20,000 bases of DNA from an uncultured virus (IMG/VR IMGVR_UViG_3300029258_004075) (taxonomy: Duplodnaviria; Heunggongvirae; Uroviricota; Caudoviricetes). The DNA lies in the IMG/VR virus record IMGVR_UViG_3300029258_004075; one strand, written 5' to 3'. Numbering within the stretch: the first letter of the stretch is position 1; the number at the start of each line of letters is the position of its first letter. Below the pieces are notes generated by a model. That model made no database searches. It had not been told where the DNA came from and saw nothing but the letters and a program-made list of their open reading frames with translations. Below, in pieces: positions 1-8,399 of the stretch. Position numbers and translations under genes: made by a program.

Positions 1-10
1 AGTAAATGTA

Positions 11-511
11 ATGTTGTTCTTATTAATATTCAATGTAGTTGTTAGTCTTGTAGGTGGTCTTAACATTTACAATATGGGAATGTCAAGTTCAGAATATGAC
101 TACGAAGAGTTAGCAGATGAAAGCACATCACCGCAAAGAGACGAAGATTCTGGTGGAGGATTATTTTCTGCTTTTACAGATGCTAACTTTGGTTTTAATA
201 CATTCTTTATTGGAGGAACAACTGTTGCCATTCTGATTGGTGGTGCTATAGCCGGTGCTACAATAGGTGGACTTGTAACAGGAGGGCGCTTAAAAACATC
301 AGAAGGAGCAGCATACGGTTTCTTTGGTTCTGTTATGACCATAACTTTTATTAGTTCCTATTCTATATTATGGACAATAGTAGAACAGATTCCAGATGAA
401 ATACAAACAGGAGCAGCAGTGGCAGTAGGTCTGTTCTTAGCAATAACTGGCTTCATGTTTATACTCGGATTCATGCAATTAATTGTAGGAGGAATAGCAC
501 AATATCAATAA
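11..511 (+). CDS. Multi-pass membrane protein (3-4 hydrophobic segments, acidic loop); putative minor virion membrane protein; 5' end may lie before the window
   Basis: ORF track. Hydrophobic Gly/Ala-rich helices. The frame is open upstream of the ATG to the window edge. Confidence 0.75.
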   Translation: MLFLLIFNVVVSLVGGLNIYNMGMSSSEYDYEELADESTSPQRDEDSGGGLFSAFTDANFGFNTFFIGGTTVAILIGGAIAGATIGGLVTGGRLKTSEGAAYGFFGSVMTITFISSYSILWTIVEQIPDEIQTGAAVAVGLFLAITGFMFILGFMQLIVGGIAQYQ

Positions 512-831
512 TAGCCTCAATATATTGTTTCATTGTTAGCGTAGCAGTAGACTACAACTTTACCAACTTTACTCTTGGTGGTATTATACGCTTTGCATTT
601 GACCCATACTATGCCATGTTTGGTAATTTGTCATGGGGAATCATATTAGGTTTCATAGGAGCAGGCATTTACGCGAATAATAGAAGTCTTGGTACAACAG
701 GAGTTTATCTTATACTTGTTGGTATTTTCTTTAGTATCATATTTCCAATTTGGTTCATATACTTGTTTGGTCTTCTATTATCATTTATCCTGACAACAAT
801 CTTTTATGTGACATTTGTAAAGAGTAGATAA
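508..831 (+). CDS. Small membrane protein (~107 aa if ATA start at 508; ORF track calls 616-831)
   Basis: The frame is open from 400. The extension IASIYCFIVSVAVDYNFTNFTLGGIIRFAFDPYYA looks protein-like (hydrophobic leader, two NFT sequons). AGGAGG at 487-492. ATAA overlaps the upstream stop. Three TM-like segments follow. Confidence 0.7.
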   Translation: MIASIYCFIVSVAVDYNFTNFTLGGIIRFAFDPYYAMFGNLSWGIILGFIGAGIYANNRSLGTTGVYLILVGIFFSIIFPIWFIYLFGLLLSFILTTIFYVTFVKSR

Positions 832-848
832 AAAGGAGAAAGGATATA

Positions 849-1118
849 ATGTTAGAAAGTGTATTTATTACAATGCTGGCAATGGGGTTCATTTCTTTTG
901 TGTTAGCTATAGAAAGGGACTCATTTATTTACTCAGCAATATCAATGCTGTTTTGGATAATTGTTATGGCAGGTCATCTTTATGTAGAAGTGCCTGGAGA
1001 CACATACTATTACGAAGTTGCAATGTTTCCCCTATCATTCGGTATGATAATGCTTAATGTCATTTGGTTGATAATCCAGTTTATGGTTAAGAGAAATAGG
1101 AAAAGGTATATTCGGTAG
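849..1118 (+). CDS. Three-TM small membrane protein with basic C-terminal tail
   Basis: AGGAGAAAGGA upstream; three hydrophobic segments; tail KRNRKRYIR. Confidence 0.8.
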   Translation: MLESVFITMLAMGFISFVLAIERDSFIYSAISMLFWIIVMAGHLYVEVPGDTYYYEVAMFPLSFGMIMLNVIWLIIQFMVKRNRKRYIR

Positions 1119-1127
1119 GTAAATACC

Positions 1128-1424
1128 ATGAATAAGATTATTTATCCATTGCGCCTAAGTACGCCAGAGCAAACTAAGAAAGCAATCCAGAGGTTGGTCC
1201 AACAATTAAAGAAAGATAATATTGCTATTTGTTCTCATCCTAGCGCCGTTCAACTTTTCTCCCGTAATATTCCAAAGTGTTATAAGGACAACGAAGTGAT
1301 ACTTATATCCAAGACAGTTGGTTTAACAAAGAGAAAAACTAAAAATATCATTTATCTAAAACCGGAATATACACTAAAGATAAACCGTGACTTTAGTTTT
1401 CGCATTACACCTAAACATAAATGA
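1128..1424 (+). CDS. Basic soluble hypothetical protein (98 aa)
   Basis: AGGT upstream; 9 nt after the previous stop; Lys-rich; no recognisable motif. Confidence 0.6.
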   Translation: MNKIIYPLRLSTPEQTKKAIQRLVQQLKKDNIAICSHPSAVQLFSRNIPKCYKDNEVILISKTVGLTKRKTKNIIYLKPEYTLKINRDFSFRITPKHK

Positions 1425-1534
1425 TTTGAAATATCGTCTTATTTCCTTCAAAAATCTTTAACTTGGCTATATGGAAGCGCACTACATATACCAAAACTTA
1501 AAGATTGTACTACGTATATATTGTGTATGTGTTT

Positions 1535-1586
1535 GTGAGAGAGGAACGTTCAGTTCCTCCTCTCTACACAAGAGTTCCTCTCTCAC
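1535..1586. repeat. Inverted repeat with two alternative right arms
   Basis: GTGAGAGAGGAAC (1535-1547) is the exact reverse complement of GTTCCTCTCTCAC (1574-1586). An imperfect copy GTTCCTCCTCTC lies at 1553-1564. Confidence 0.8.
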
Positions 1587-1737
1587 CTTTGAGTGTGTTA
1601 GATTTCAACTAAAGTTGAAAGTGTTTTTGGTTGCCCTTCCTTTTCTTCCATGCGTTAAATACCAATTATATATAGATTTTTTATGTAAGATATCAAGTTC
1701 TTATCCTAGAGTATATACTAACATACATTGAAGTACG

Positions 1738-1795
1738 TTTATATATGAGTAAGGCACATAGTAGTATACAAGAATTAAAAATTTAAAAGGAGGTG
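1738..1795 (+). promoter_or_regulatory. Archaeal TATA-box promoter and strong Shine-Dalgarno for the putative major coat gene
   Basis: TTTATATA at 1738-1745 in the largest intergenic gap; GGAGGTG at 1789-1795, 5 nt before GTG 1801. Confidence 0.65.
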
Positions 1796-1800
1796 TAGAG

Positions 1801-2058
1801 GTGAAAGCAAGCTATGGCTTTATCGACCCAGGTGCAATCATGGGCGTTGTCGTTTCATTAATCATTCTTGCCGTTGGTGTGTTTGCATTCTTTGTAACAC
1901 TCAGCGAAGTTGAGAATGTCACAGACAGTGAAATGATAGAAAACGCTGTTGGTAATGTTGGCGAAACTGGTAACAGTGTGTTCAACATCATCGGAATTGT
2001 GCTGATTATCGGTGCAATTATGTCCATCGTGGGTCTCGTCTATAACTACGTTCGATAG
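1801..2058 (+). CDS. Putative major coat protein of spindle-shaped-virus type (two-helix hydrophobic hairpin)
   Basis: 85 aa. Two long hydrophobic helices are joined by a polar loop with an NVT sequon, and the protein ends in a short YNYVR tail, which matches fusellovirus VP1/VP3-type architecture. It has its own promoter, strong SD and downstream hairpin. A VirB2/TedC-like pilin is an alternative reading. Confidence 0.6.
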   Translation: MKASYGFIDPGAIMGVVVSLIILAVGVFAFFVTLSEVENVTDSEMIENAVGNVGETGNSVFNIIGIVLIIGAIMSIVGLVYNYVR

Positions 2059-2086
2059 ACGCGAGAAGCCTCACACAATAAAATAG

Positions 2087-2107
2087 GTGTGGTGTTCTGC
2101 ACCACAC
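2087..2107 (+). terminator. Stem-loop after the coat gene
   Basis: GTGTGGTG-ttctg-CACCACAC, a perfect 8-bp stem followed by T-rich sequence. Confidence 0.6.
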
Positions 2108-2143
2108 AATTCTTATATTATTTAACTTTGGAGGAAACAAATA

Positions 2144-2458
2144 ATGGATGAAACAAGTACGCCTTTTTTGGTGTTAACAGTAACACTTGTAATGATTATA
2201 TTAGCAGTAGGAACCTTTGCGTTCTACGTTACAGTTAGTCAGACAGAACAGATTGTTGGTTCTGGAGTAACTAAGACAGAAACATTTACGGTGGATAATC
2301 CGAGCGAGGACCAGACATTTAGCATGAGTTTTCGTCCAGATTCCACAACAATAACAATACAACAATATACTGGTTTCGGATGGATTCCGGTTGATTCGAC
2401 TTACATCTCTGTCGATGGCAGAGATATCACTATAGAAGCAGAGGGTATGTTAGGATAA
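2144..2458 (+). CDS. Coat-protein paralogue, N-terminal half (helix 1 plus small beta domain)
   Basis: IILAVGTFAFYVTVSQTE versus IILAVGVFAFFVTLSEVE in 1801-2058; GGAGG SD; no second helix. Confidence 0.8.
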   Translation: MDETSTPFLVLTVTLVMIILAVGTFAFYVTVSQTEQIVGSGVTKTETFTVDNPSEDQTFSMSFRPDSTTITIQQYTGFGWIPVDSTYISVDGRDITIEAEGMLG

Positions 2459-2468
2459 GTGAACAATT

Positions 2469-5135
2469 ATGAGCCCAAAAAGAAAGAGATTAATTAGAGA
2501 TACAAAAGCAAAAGTTTTACCACTCACTATAGTAATGATATTAATAGTAGCAAGTTTAACTGCTACATTTGTAATTTTACCACAAGACAACATAATTGTA
2601 AAAGCATCAAGTCCAACAGTTTCCACTAACGCAACGACTTCTATAACAACAACAACTGCTACATTAAATGGATACCTTAGTAATGATGGTGGTGAAAATT
2701 GTAGTGGTTGGTTTGAATGGGGTGAAACTGATAGTTATGGAAACACAGTATATATTTTAGAAGATGATACCGAAGACTCTTTTTCTTCTTCTGGAGACCC
2801 TCCTAATTCAGGAAGCCTTGCTAATATGCATGATGAAGATTGGGGTACATCTGGAGGATTAAACTATGAAGCAGATGATGATGCAGGAGAAAAAACAATA
2901 ACTGTGTATGAAGAGTATGATTCAGTTCCTTTAGTAGATAAATTTGGAGTTACCGTAAAATTTGCCCAATGGGTGGTGAGTGGGGCTGGTTCAACTGTCC
3001 ATGATTTTGAGTTCTTTATTTATAATTTAACCTCATCAGAGTGGGAATCGAAAGTCCAGAGTAGTTATGGAAACAATGTGTATATAGAAGCTTTTGGAAT
3101 ATTGAACGCTAGTCATTATATAAATACCACTAACAATAATCAAGTAAAAACAAAAGTTTATATGAGAACAGTTTCTGACGACAACTTTATACTGCCTAAA
3201 AGTGGACACGTTGAATACTATGAAAGTAAATTAACAAGTTTTATTCCTACAGAAACATCTTTTAATGCGACATTAACTGGTCTTGACCCTGGTACGACCT
3301 ATCATTATCGTGCTGTTGCTAACAACAGCGACGGAACCTCATATGGTTCCGATATGACATTTACTACCGGTGGACTTCTCTCAGTGTCAACGAATGCTTC
3401 TTCAAATGTTGATGCGGATAGTGCAACATTGAATGGCTATTTATCTGATGATGGTGGTGAAGGTTGTATTGTTAGTTTTGAATATGGTTTAACTGATAGT
3501 TATGGGAGTACAGTATATCCATATCAACCAGATTTGAGTAGTGGCGAGCACACAATAGATAGTGGTTCTATTAATGCTCAGAGTATGTATGCCTGTGATG
3601 TAGATTCTGATGGTGATATTGATGTCCTTAGTGCATCATATTCTGATGGTTATATTACTTGGTATGAGAACGACGGAAGTGAAAGTTTTACGCAACATAT
3701 AATAGCAGATGATTTTAGTTATGCTCGTTCTGTTTATGCTATTGATATTGACTCTGATGGTGATATTGATGTTTTAGGTGTTTCTTATTCTGCTGGTGAA
3801 ATTACCTGGTGGGAGAATGATGGAAGTGAAGGTTTTACTGAACATACGATAAATGGAAGTTTTAATGGTGCTTGGGATGTGTATGCTTGTGATGTTGATT
3901 CTGATGATGATATTGATGTGTTGGGTGCTGCACTTGCTGGTGAAATTACCTGGTTTGAAAATGATGGTTCTGAGTCTTTTACAAAACATACAATTAATGA
4001 TTCTTTTGAAGAGGCATATGATGTGTATGCCACTGATGTTGATGGCGATTCTGATATTGATGTATTAGGTGCTGCTTATAGTGGTGATGATATTACTTGG
4101 TGGGAAAATGATGGTTCTGAATCATTCACTGAGCATACGATAGACGGGTCTTTTGATGGTGCTTATGAGGTGTATGCGTGTGATGTAGATGGTGATAATG
4201 ATATTGATGTATTGGGTGCAGCATATTCTGATGGTGAAATTACCTGGTGGGAGAATGACGGGAGTGAAAGTTTCACTAAGCATACGATAGATGCTTCTTT
4301 TGATGGTGCCCGCTCTGTTTATGCTTGCGATATAGATGGTGATGGTGATATTGATGTCCTTGGTGCAGCTTTTAGTGCTGATGATATTACGTGGTGGGAG
4401 AATGATGGTAGTGAGTCTTTCACGGAGCATACGATAGAAGGTAATTTTAATGGTGCTCAGGGTGTCTATGCCACTGATGTTGATGGTGATGATGATATTG
4501 ATGTTCTTGGTGCAGCATATTTTGATGATGAGATTGTTTGGTGGGAGAACAATCAATCAAAAAATAGTCCATTAGAATTTTCTTATTCGCTTACTGGTAT
4601 TTCTCCAAGTACAACATATCATTATCGTGCCGTGGCAAATAATTCTGTGGGAGAGTCTTATGGTTCTGATATGACGTTCACTACACCAGAGTTTAGTATT
4701 AATGGTCTTGATGCTAATACTCGCTTTCCCTTTTCTGGTTCTCCAGGTACTACTGTTTGGTCAACAGGAAATATTACAATGAATATTCATACTAATCTGT
4801 CTGGAACTTCTCTCAGCTGCACTGACATATACCTTGATTTCAAAGATGGTATAGACACAGATATCAATCAAAACCAATTCAGCATTGCTGTTATTAACAC
4901 ATCTGATGGAAGTTGGGCAAGTGTTTCTAGTGTATTAGACGTAACAGGTAACATGACTATCGATTCAACAACTTGGGCATCTGGTCTTAGTGCTGGTTGG
5001 GCTCACGGCACTAACCCGTTCCCAATTGATGATGTAAATACTACTATTGCAGTTCGAGCTCGTGTTTCTATTCCTGCAGGAAAAGACCTTGGAACATATA
5101 CTGCTGATGATTGGGAAGTTACATGGGACTATTAG
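2469..5135 (+). CDS. Secreted adhesin: two FN3-like domains each carrying an insert (the second insert is a 7-blade FG-GAP/VCBS propeller), plus a C-terminal Ig/pilin-like domain
   Basis: Signal peptide ending IVKA. Two copies of ATLNGYLSxDGGE...DSYGxTVY / LTGxxPxTTYHYRAVANNS...SYGSDMTFTT. Seven DxDxDxDIDVL...WxENDG repeats. Confidence 0.9.
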   Translation: MSPKRKRLIRDTKAKVLPLTIVMILIVASLTATFVILPQDNIIVKASSPTVSTNATTSITTTTATLNGYLSNDGGENCSGWFEWGETDSYGNTVYILEDDTEDSFSSSGDPPNSGSLANMHDEDWGTSGGLNYEADDDAGEKTITVYEEYDSVPLVDKFGVTVKFAQWVVSGAGSTVHDFEFFIYNLTSSEWESKVQSSYGNNVYIEAFGILNASHYINTTNNNQVKTKVYMRTVSDDNFILPKSGHVEYYESKLTSFIPTETSFNATLTGLDPGTTYHYRAVANNSDGTSYGSDMTFTTGGLLSVSTNASSNVDADSATLNGYLSDDGGEGCIVSFEYGLTDSYGSTVYPYQPDLSSGEHTIDSGSINAQSMYACDVDSDGDIDVLSASYSDGYITWYENDGSESFTQHIIADDFSYARSVYAIDIDSDGDIDVLGVSYSAGEITWWENDGSEGFTEHTINGSFNGAWDVYACDVDSDDDIDVLGAALAGEITWFENDGSESFTKHTINDSFEEAYDVYATDVDGDSDIDVLGAAYSGDDITWWENDGSESFTEHTIDGSFDGAYEVYACDVDGDNDIDVLGAAYSDGEITWWENDGSESFTKHTIDASFDGARSVYACDIDGDGDIDVLGAAFSADDITWWENDGSESFTEHTIEGNFNGAQGVYATDVDGDDDIDVLGAAYFDDEIVWWENNQSKNSPLEFSYSLTGISPSTTYHYRAVANNSVGESYGSDMTFTTPEFSINGLDANTRFPFSGSPGTTVWSTGNITMNIHTNLSGTSLSCTDIYLDFKDGIDTDINQNQFSIAVINTSDGSWASVSSVLDVTGNMTIDSTTWASGLSAGWAHGTNPFPIDDVNTTIAVRARVSIPAGKDLGTYTADDWEVTWDY
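3546..4553 (+). repeat. Seven tandem ~144-147-bp FG-GAP/VCBS coding repeats
   Basis: Seven D[VI]D[SG]DxDIDVL motifs spaced 48-49 aa apart, with strong DNA-level similarity (GATATTGATGT..., TGGTGGGAGAATGA). Confidence 0.9.
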
Positions 5136-5146
5136 GAGAAATAATC

Positions 5147-6520
5147 ATGCGTAAAACAATGATATTAATAAGCTTTTTATTATTCATTATACTATCATCA
5201 TATAGTATAAGTGCTGCGACATATACAGAGACATTTGGTGGCTCAGTTGAAGTTTCTTTTCCTGTTCAACCAAATCCACTTACATGGAGCAGTGAACCAA
5301 GTCCGGATAGTAGTTCTGCAATAAGTATGACAGCAACAACTGCGACAAGTGTCAACACGCCGTTAAGTTATCAGTTTAACGAGACATCTGGAAATGCAGG
5401 AGCAACAGATAGTGATTGGCAATCTGCTGATACAACCTACACTGATAGTGGTTTATCTGAAAATACACAATATACCTATAAATGCCGTGCAAAGGATAGC
5501 AGCGACAATATTGGCAATTGGTCATCTGAGGTAAGCGTTTATACACATTGTGATGCACCGGGAGACGCCGAGGTAACTATTCACAGTAGCGGTCTTGATT
5601 GGATAAAAGTTTATGTAGATGAACCTAATAACCCCAGCACTGCAGAGTGTTACATAGATTGCATTTCTGGTGGAGCAACAGATAGTGGATGGATATCTAC
5701 AAGAGAAAATAGTCATTTTTATCATAACTTTACAGGTTTGTCACAAGGAACAGAATATTGTTTTAAAGCAAAATATCGCAACGGAGATGATGTTGAAACA
5801 TCCTTGAACAGTAATGGGGAGTGCTATACTATTCCTGAACCACCAGAGCCACCAACAGATTTCACAGCAACAACACAGACTGACACAGAGATAGACCTTT
5901 CTTGGTTGCAAGGAATAGGAGCAACTCACACCTACATCGAATATAACAGCACCGGAACATGGGAACGAGGCGACGGAACAGAACTCTACAATAATACTGG
6001 TGAATCATTTAGCCATACTGGTCTGTCACCAGACACGCAGTATTTTTATCAAGCATGGAGTTATAACAGTACAACTGGTTTATGGAACGATACATATGCG
6101 AGTGATAGTAACACCACAAATGCACAACCACCAGTCAATACATCAGTTTCGCCAACAACATGGATAGGTGGTTCAAACAATGTAGAAACATCAATCAGAG
6201 AGAACTTCACATTCTGGCAGAATGGAACATCAAGCATCGATATAACCATAGGAGTCAATTCAACAAACTTCACATTTCAAGACTACGCAACATGGTCCAC
6301 AGGAGGATTCAATCAAATCTGTGCGAACTTCACCACAGACACATGGTCAACAGAAACAAACATTGCAGACACATCATATCCTTTTTCAACAGTCCTAAAA
6401 TCAGGCTTCACAACGGGCAATTTCAACTTTGGTGTTAGAATATGGATGCCAAAAACTCTTAGCAAAGAATCGCAAGAAGAAGAATTTGAAATTGTTCTTG
6501 CTGTAAGCGAGAGTACATAA
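5147..6520 (+). CDS. Secreted FN3-repeat protein with C-terminal Ig/pilin-like domain
   Basis: AGGAGA SD before ATG 5147 (ORF track starts at TTG 5111). Signal peptide ending ISA. FN3 motifs GLSENTQYTY, GLSQGTEYCF and GLSPDTQYFY. Confidence 0.85.
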   Translation: MRKTMILISFLLFIILSSYSISAATYTETFGGSVEVSFPVQPNPLTWSSEPSPDSSSAISMTATTATSVNTPLSYQFNETSGNAGATDSDWQSADTTYTDSGLSENTQYTYKCRAKDSSDNIGNWSSEVSVYTHCDAPGDAEVTIHSSGLDWIKVYVDEPNNPSTAECYIDCISGGATDSGWISTRENSHFYHNFTGLSQGTEYCFKAKYRNGDDVETSLNSNGECYTIPEPPEPPTDFTATTQTDTEIDLSWLQGIGATHTYIEYNSTGTWERGDGTELYNNTGESFSHTGLSPDTQYFYQAWSYNSTTGLWNDTYASDSNTTNAQPPVNTSVSPTTWIGGSNNVETSIRENFTFWQNGTSSIDITIGVNSTNFTFQDYATWSTGGFNQICANFTTDTWSTETNIADTSYPFSTVLKSGFTTGNFNFGVRIWMPKTLSKESQEEEFEIVLAVSEST

Positions 6521-6596
6521 TAACGGACAGGGCGTAATATAAAATCCTACCCTGTAAGGTAAAAATAACAAAACAAACGAAAAGAGGTAAAAAAAT

Positions 6597-7091
6597 ATGA
6601 AAAAAATATATGCAATACTGGTATCATTTATGCTTATAGCAGTATTATCGATGATACCAACAAGCTACGCAGACCAAACAGTTACCGGCGAATTCACAGC
6701 GAATGGAACGCTCACTGTGACAGTAAACAACACAAGTCCAAACTTTGATACTATCAATGTGAACGAAAACGCAACCGTCTCGTTAGAAGTAAACAATACA
6801 GGAAGCGTACGTGCAACGGTAACCCAAGACCAAGCAGAACATCACACAGGAAATCTTGAAATTGGAACAGTAGGCGGTCTTACCGAAGACCAATATAGTG
6901 TCGAAATGTCTAACGATACTGGTGTTTCTTGGACAGACATTGGACAAACCGTTGAAACATCTATATCAGATGACCTTGCTACTGGTGCAACACAAGCCTA
7001 CGAACTACGAGTAAATGTTTCTTCTACACTCACCTATCAATCAGACGCAAATCAATTCTATGCCAATGTAACCGTAGCAGCATACAGTTAA
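6597..7091 (+). CDS. Secreted 164-aa beta-sandwich; putative major fibre/pilin subunit (TasA/CalY- or WxL-like)
   Basis: GAGGT SD. Signal peptide ending SYA. Mature N-terminus TVTGEFTANGTLTVTV and the motif LEVNNTGSV recall the TasA/CalY motifs FxxGTLDL and xNxGSL. Confidence 0.65.
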   Translation: MKKIYAILVSFMLIAVLSMIPTSYADQTVTGEFTANGTLTVTVNNTSPNFDTINVNENATVSLEVNNTGSVRATVTQDQAEHHTGNLEIGTVGGLTEDQYSVEMSNDTGVSWTDIGQTVETSISDDLATGATQAYELRVNVSSTLTYQSDANQFYANVTVAAYS

Positions 7092-7104
7092 ATGAGTGAA
7101 GCAC

Positions 7105-7779
7105 ATGAAATACAAACTATTTGCAGTGACAGCATTAATGTCACTGCTATTTCTTTCGACACTGATGCCATCAGTAACACCTTCAGCAATATCAATTGGT
7201 CCTGCTATAGGTGTTCACACGTTTAATGACTTGAATGCAGATATTCTTGTCTCGGAAGGAAGTTTTTCTGTAAACAATAATGAGGACACTACAATTATAG
7301 TGCGTATTTCAACGCAAACTAACATAAAATCACAAGACCTTGACCACGAAACAGGAGAACCTAGAACACATACAGTTAATAAAACAGTTGTATTTCATGA
7401 ACAACCAAAAGATTGGATTACATTTGAACAGACATCCATAACAATACCACCAAACGAACAAGGTACTGTTGATTATACACTAAGAATACCTATCAAAGAC
7501 CTCCCTTCGTATGTCTCTAAAGAAGATGGTTTCCTATCATATATAACTGTTCAAGCAGAGGAAGAAGAGACAAATGCAGCAGTATCAATAAGTGAGCGGT
7601 ACGATTTTAAAGTATTTACAATTTTTGGCGCAAATCTTCCTTCAAGCAAGACCCTTGTGCCATTTAACCCATTCATTTACATAGTACTTATAAGTTTATC
7701 ATTATCATTATTAATTACATACGTAAATCAAAAATATCATTTATTCAGAAAGATAAAACAGAAGGCATTGAGACAATGA
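7105..7779 (+). CDS. Membrane-anchored DUF916/WxL-interacting- or PapD-like Ig protein; putative fibre assembly factor
   Basis: Signal peptide, then AISIGP...FSVNN...DWITFEQTSITIPPNEQGTVDYTLRIP...YITV. C-terminal TM helix and basic tail. GTG 7096 is an alternative start. Confidence 0.65.
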   Translation: MKYKLFAVTALMSLLFLSTLMPSVTPSAISIGPAIGVHTFNDLNADILVSEGSFSVNNNEDTTIIVRISTQTNIKSQDLDHETGEPRTHTVNKTVVFHEQPKDWITFEQTSITIPPNEQGTVDYTLRIPIKDLPSYVSKEDGFLSYITVQAEEEETNAAVSISERYDFKVFTIFGANLPSSKTLVPFNPFIYIVLISLSLSLLITYVNQKYHLFRKIKQKALRQ

Positions 7780-8384
7780 AGAAAATTATATCAATAGTTG
7801 TAATTATTATACTATTAACAACATTTTGTTATAGTGTTTCATCCGCTAGTATAACAGGCTCATTTACAGCATCTAATCCTTTCTTTACTTCAATAAGCAA
7901 CGAATACCCATCAAATGAGTCGACTGGAGTAGAAAGACCTCCTACGAATATTTCAGCGAATATCACTGGGAACGACGTAACGGTATACTTCTACTTTGTC
8001 AATATGTCTGGTGTAACAGACACATACACGCAATTATATCACCAAGAAAACGTTACCAATGAGATTGTGGAAATGACAGCTCTTGATAGTTTTGGGATTG
8101 GAAATGAGTTCGATTGGGGTAACACAACGTACACATGGAGCATCAATATATCGGATGAATTTGGTTGGACAAATGAGAGTTTTTGGTATAAGACAGAAGG
8201 AATAGCGTCAGGAAGCGATGCACGGTTAGATGTCAATAATGATGTTACCGTTGACATATTCGATGTTACTGTCATTTACAATTGGTATGATGAAGAAAAT
8301 TCATACAATGGATATTTTGATGTGAATGTAGACACACTAATTGACATCTTCGATTGTAGAGATGTTTATAATGGATATAATTAA
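7776..8384 (+). CDS. Secreted protein: N-terminal pilin-like strand, Ig-like domain and C-terminal dockerin-like domain
   Basis: ATGA overlap with the upstream gene. Signal peptide ending SSA, then SITGSFTAS. Duplicated Ca-binding loops DVNNDVTVDIFD and DVNVDTLIDIFD. Confidence 0.8.
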   Translation: MKKIISIVVIIILLTTFCYSVSSASITGSFTASNPFFTSISNEYPSNESTGVERPPTNISANITGNDVTVYFYFVNMSGVTDTYTQLYHQENVTNEIVEMTALDSFGIGNEFDWGNTTYTWSINISDEFGWTNESFWYKTEGIASGSDARLDVNNDVTVDIFDVTVIYNWYDEENSYNGYFDVNVDTLIDIFDCRDVYNGYN

Positions 8385-8399
8385 AAGAAGGAATAAGAA

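Noticed and set aside
1471..1731. 86-aa + strand ORF
   Set aside because: No SD, atypical Cys/Ser-rich composition, and it runs through the inverted repeat; more likely non-coding.
2469..2580. RDTKA/KVLP (and KKA/VGII at 8633, YG/FIDP at 1801) as class III type IV pilin signal peptides
   Set aside because: 2469 and 8633 have ordinary signal peptidase I-like sites after the h-region, and no prepilin peptidase or pilus ATPase is in the window; not supportable.
3546..4553. Regular ~147-bp repeats as a possible CRISPR array or DGR template/variable repeats
   Set aside because: They are in-frame coding FG-GAP blades with no constant-repeat/unique-spacer pattern, no obvious adenine-only variation and no reverse transcriptase in the window.
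6527..6555. ACAGGG...CCCTGT inverted repeat before the fibre subunit gene
   Set aside because: Short stem with a long AT-rich loop; too weak to call.
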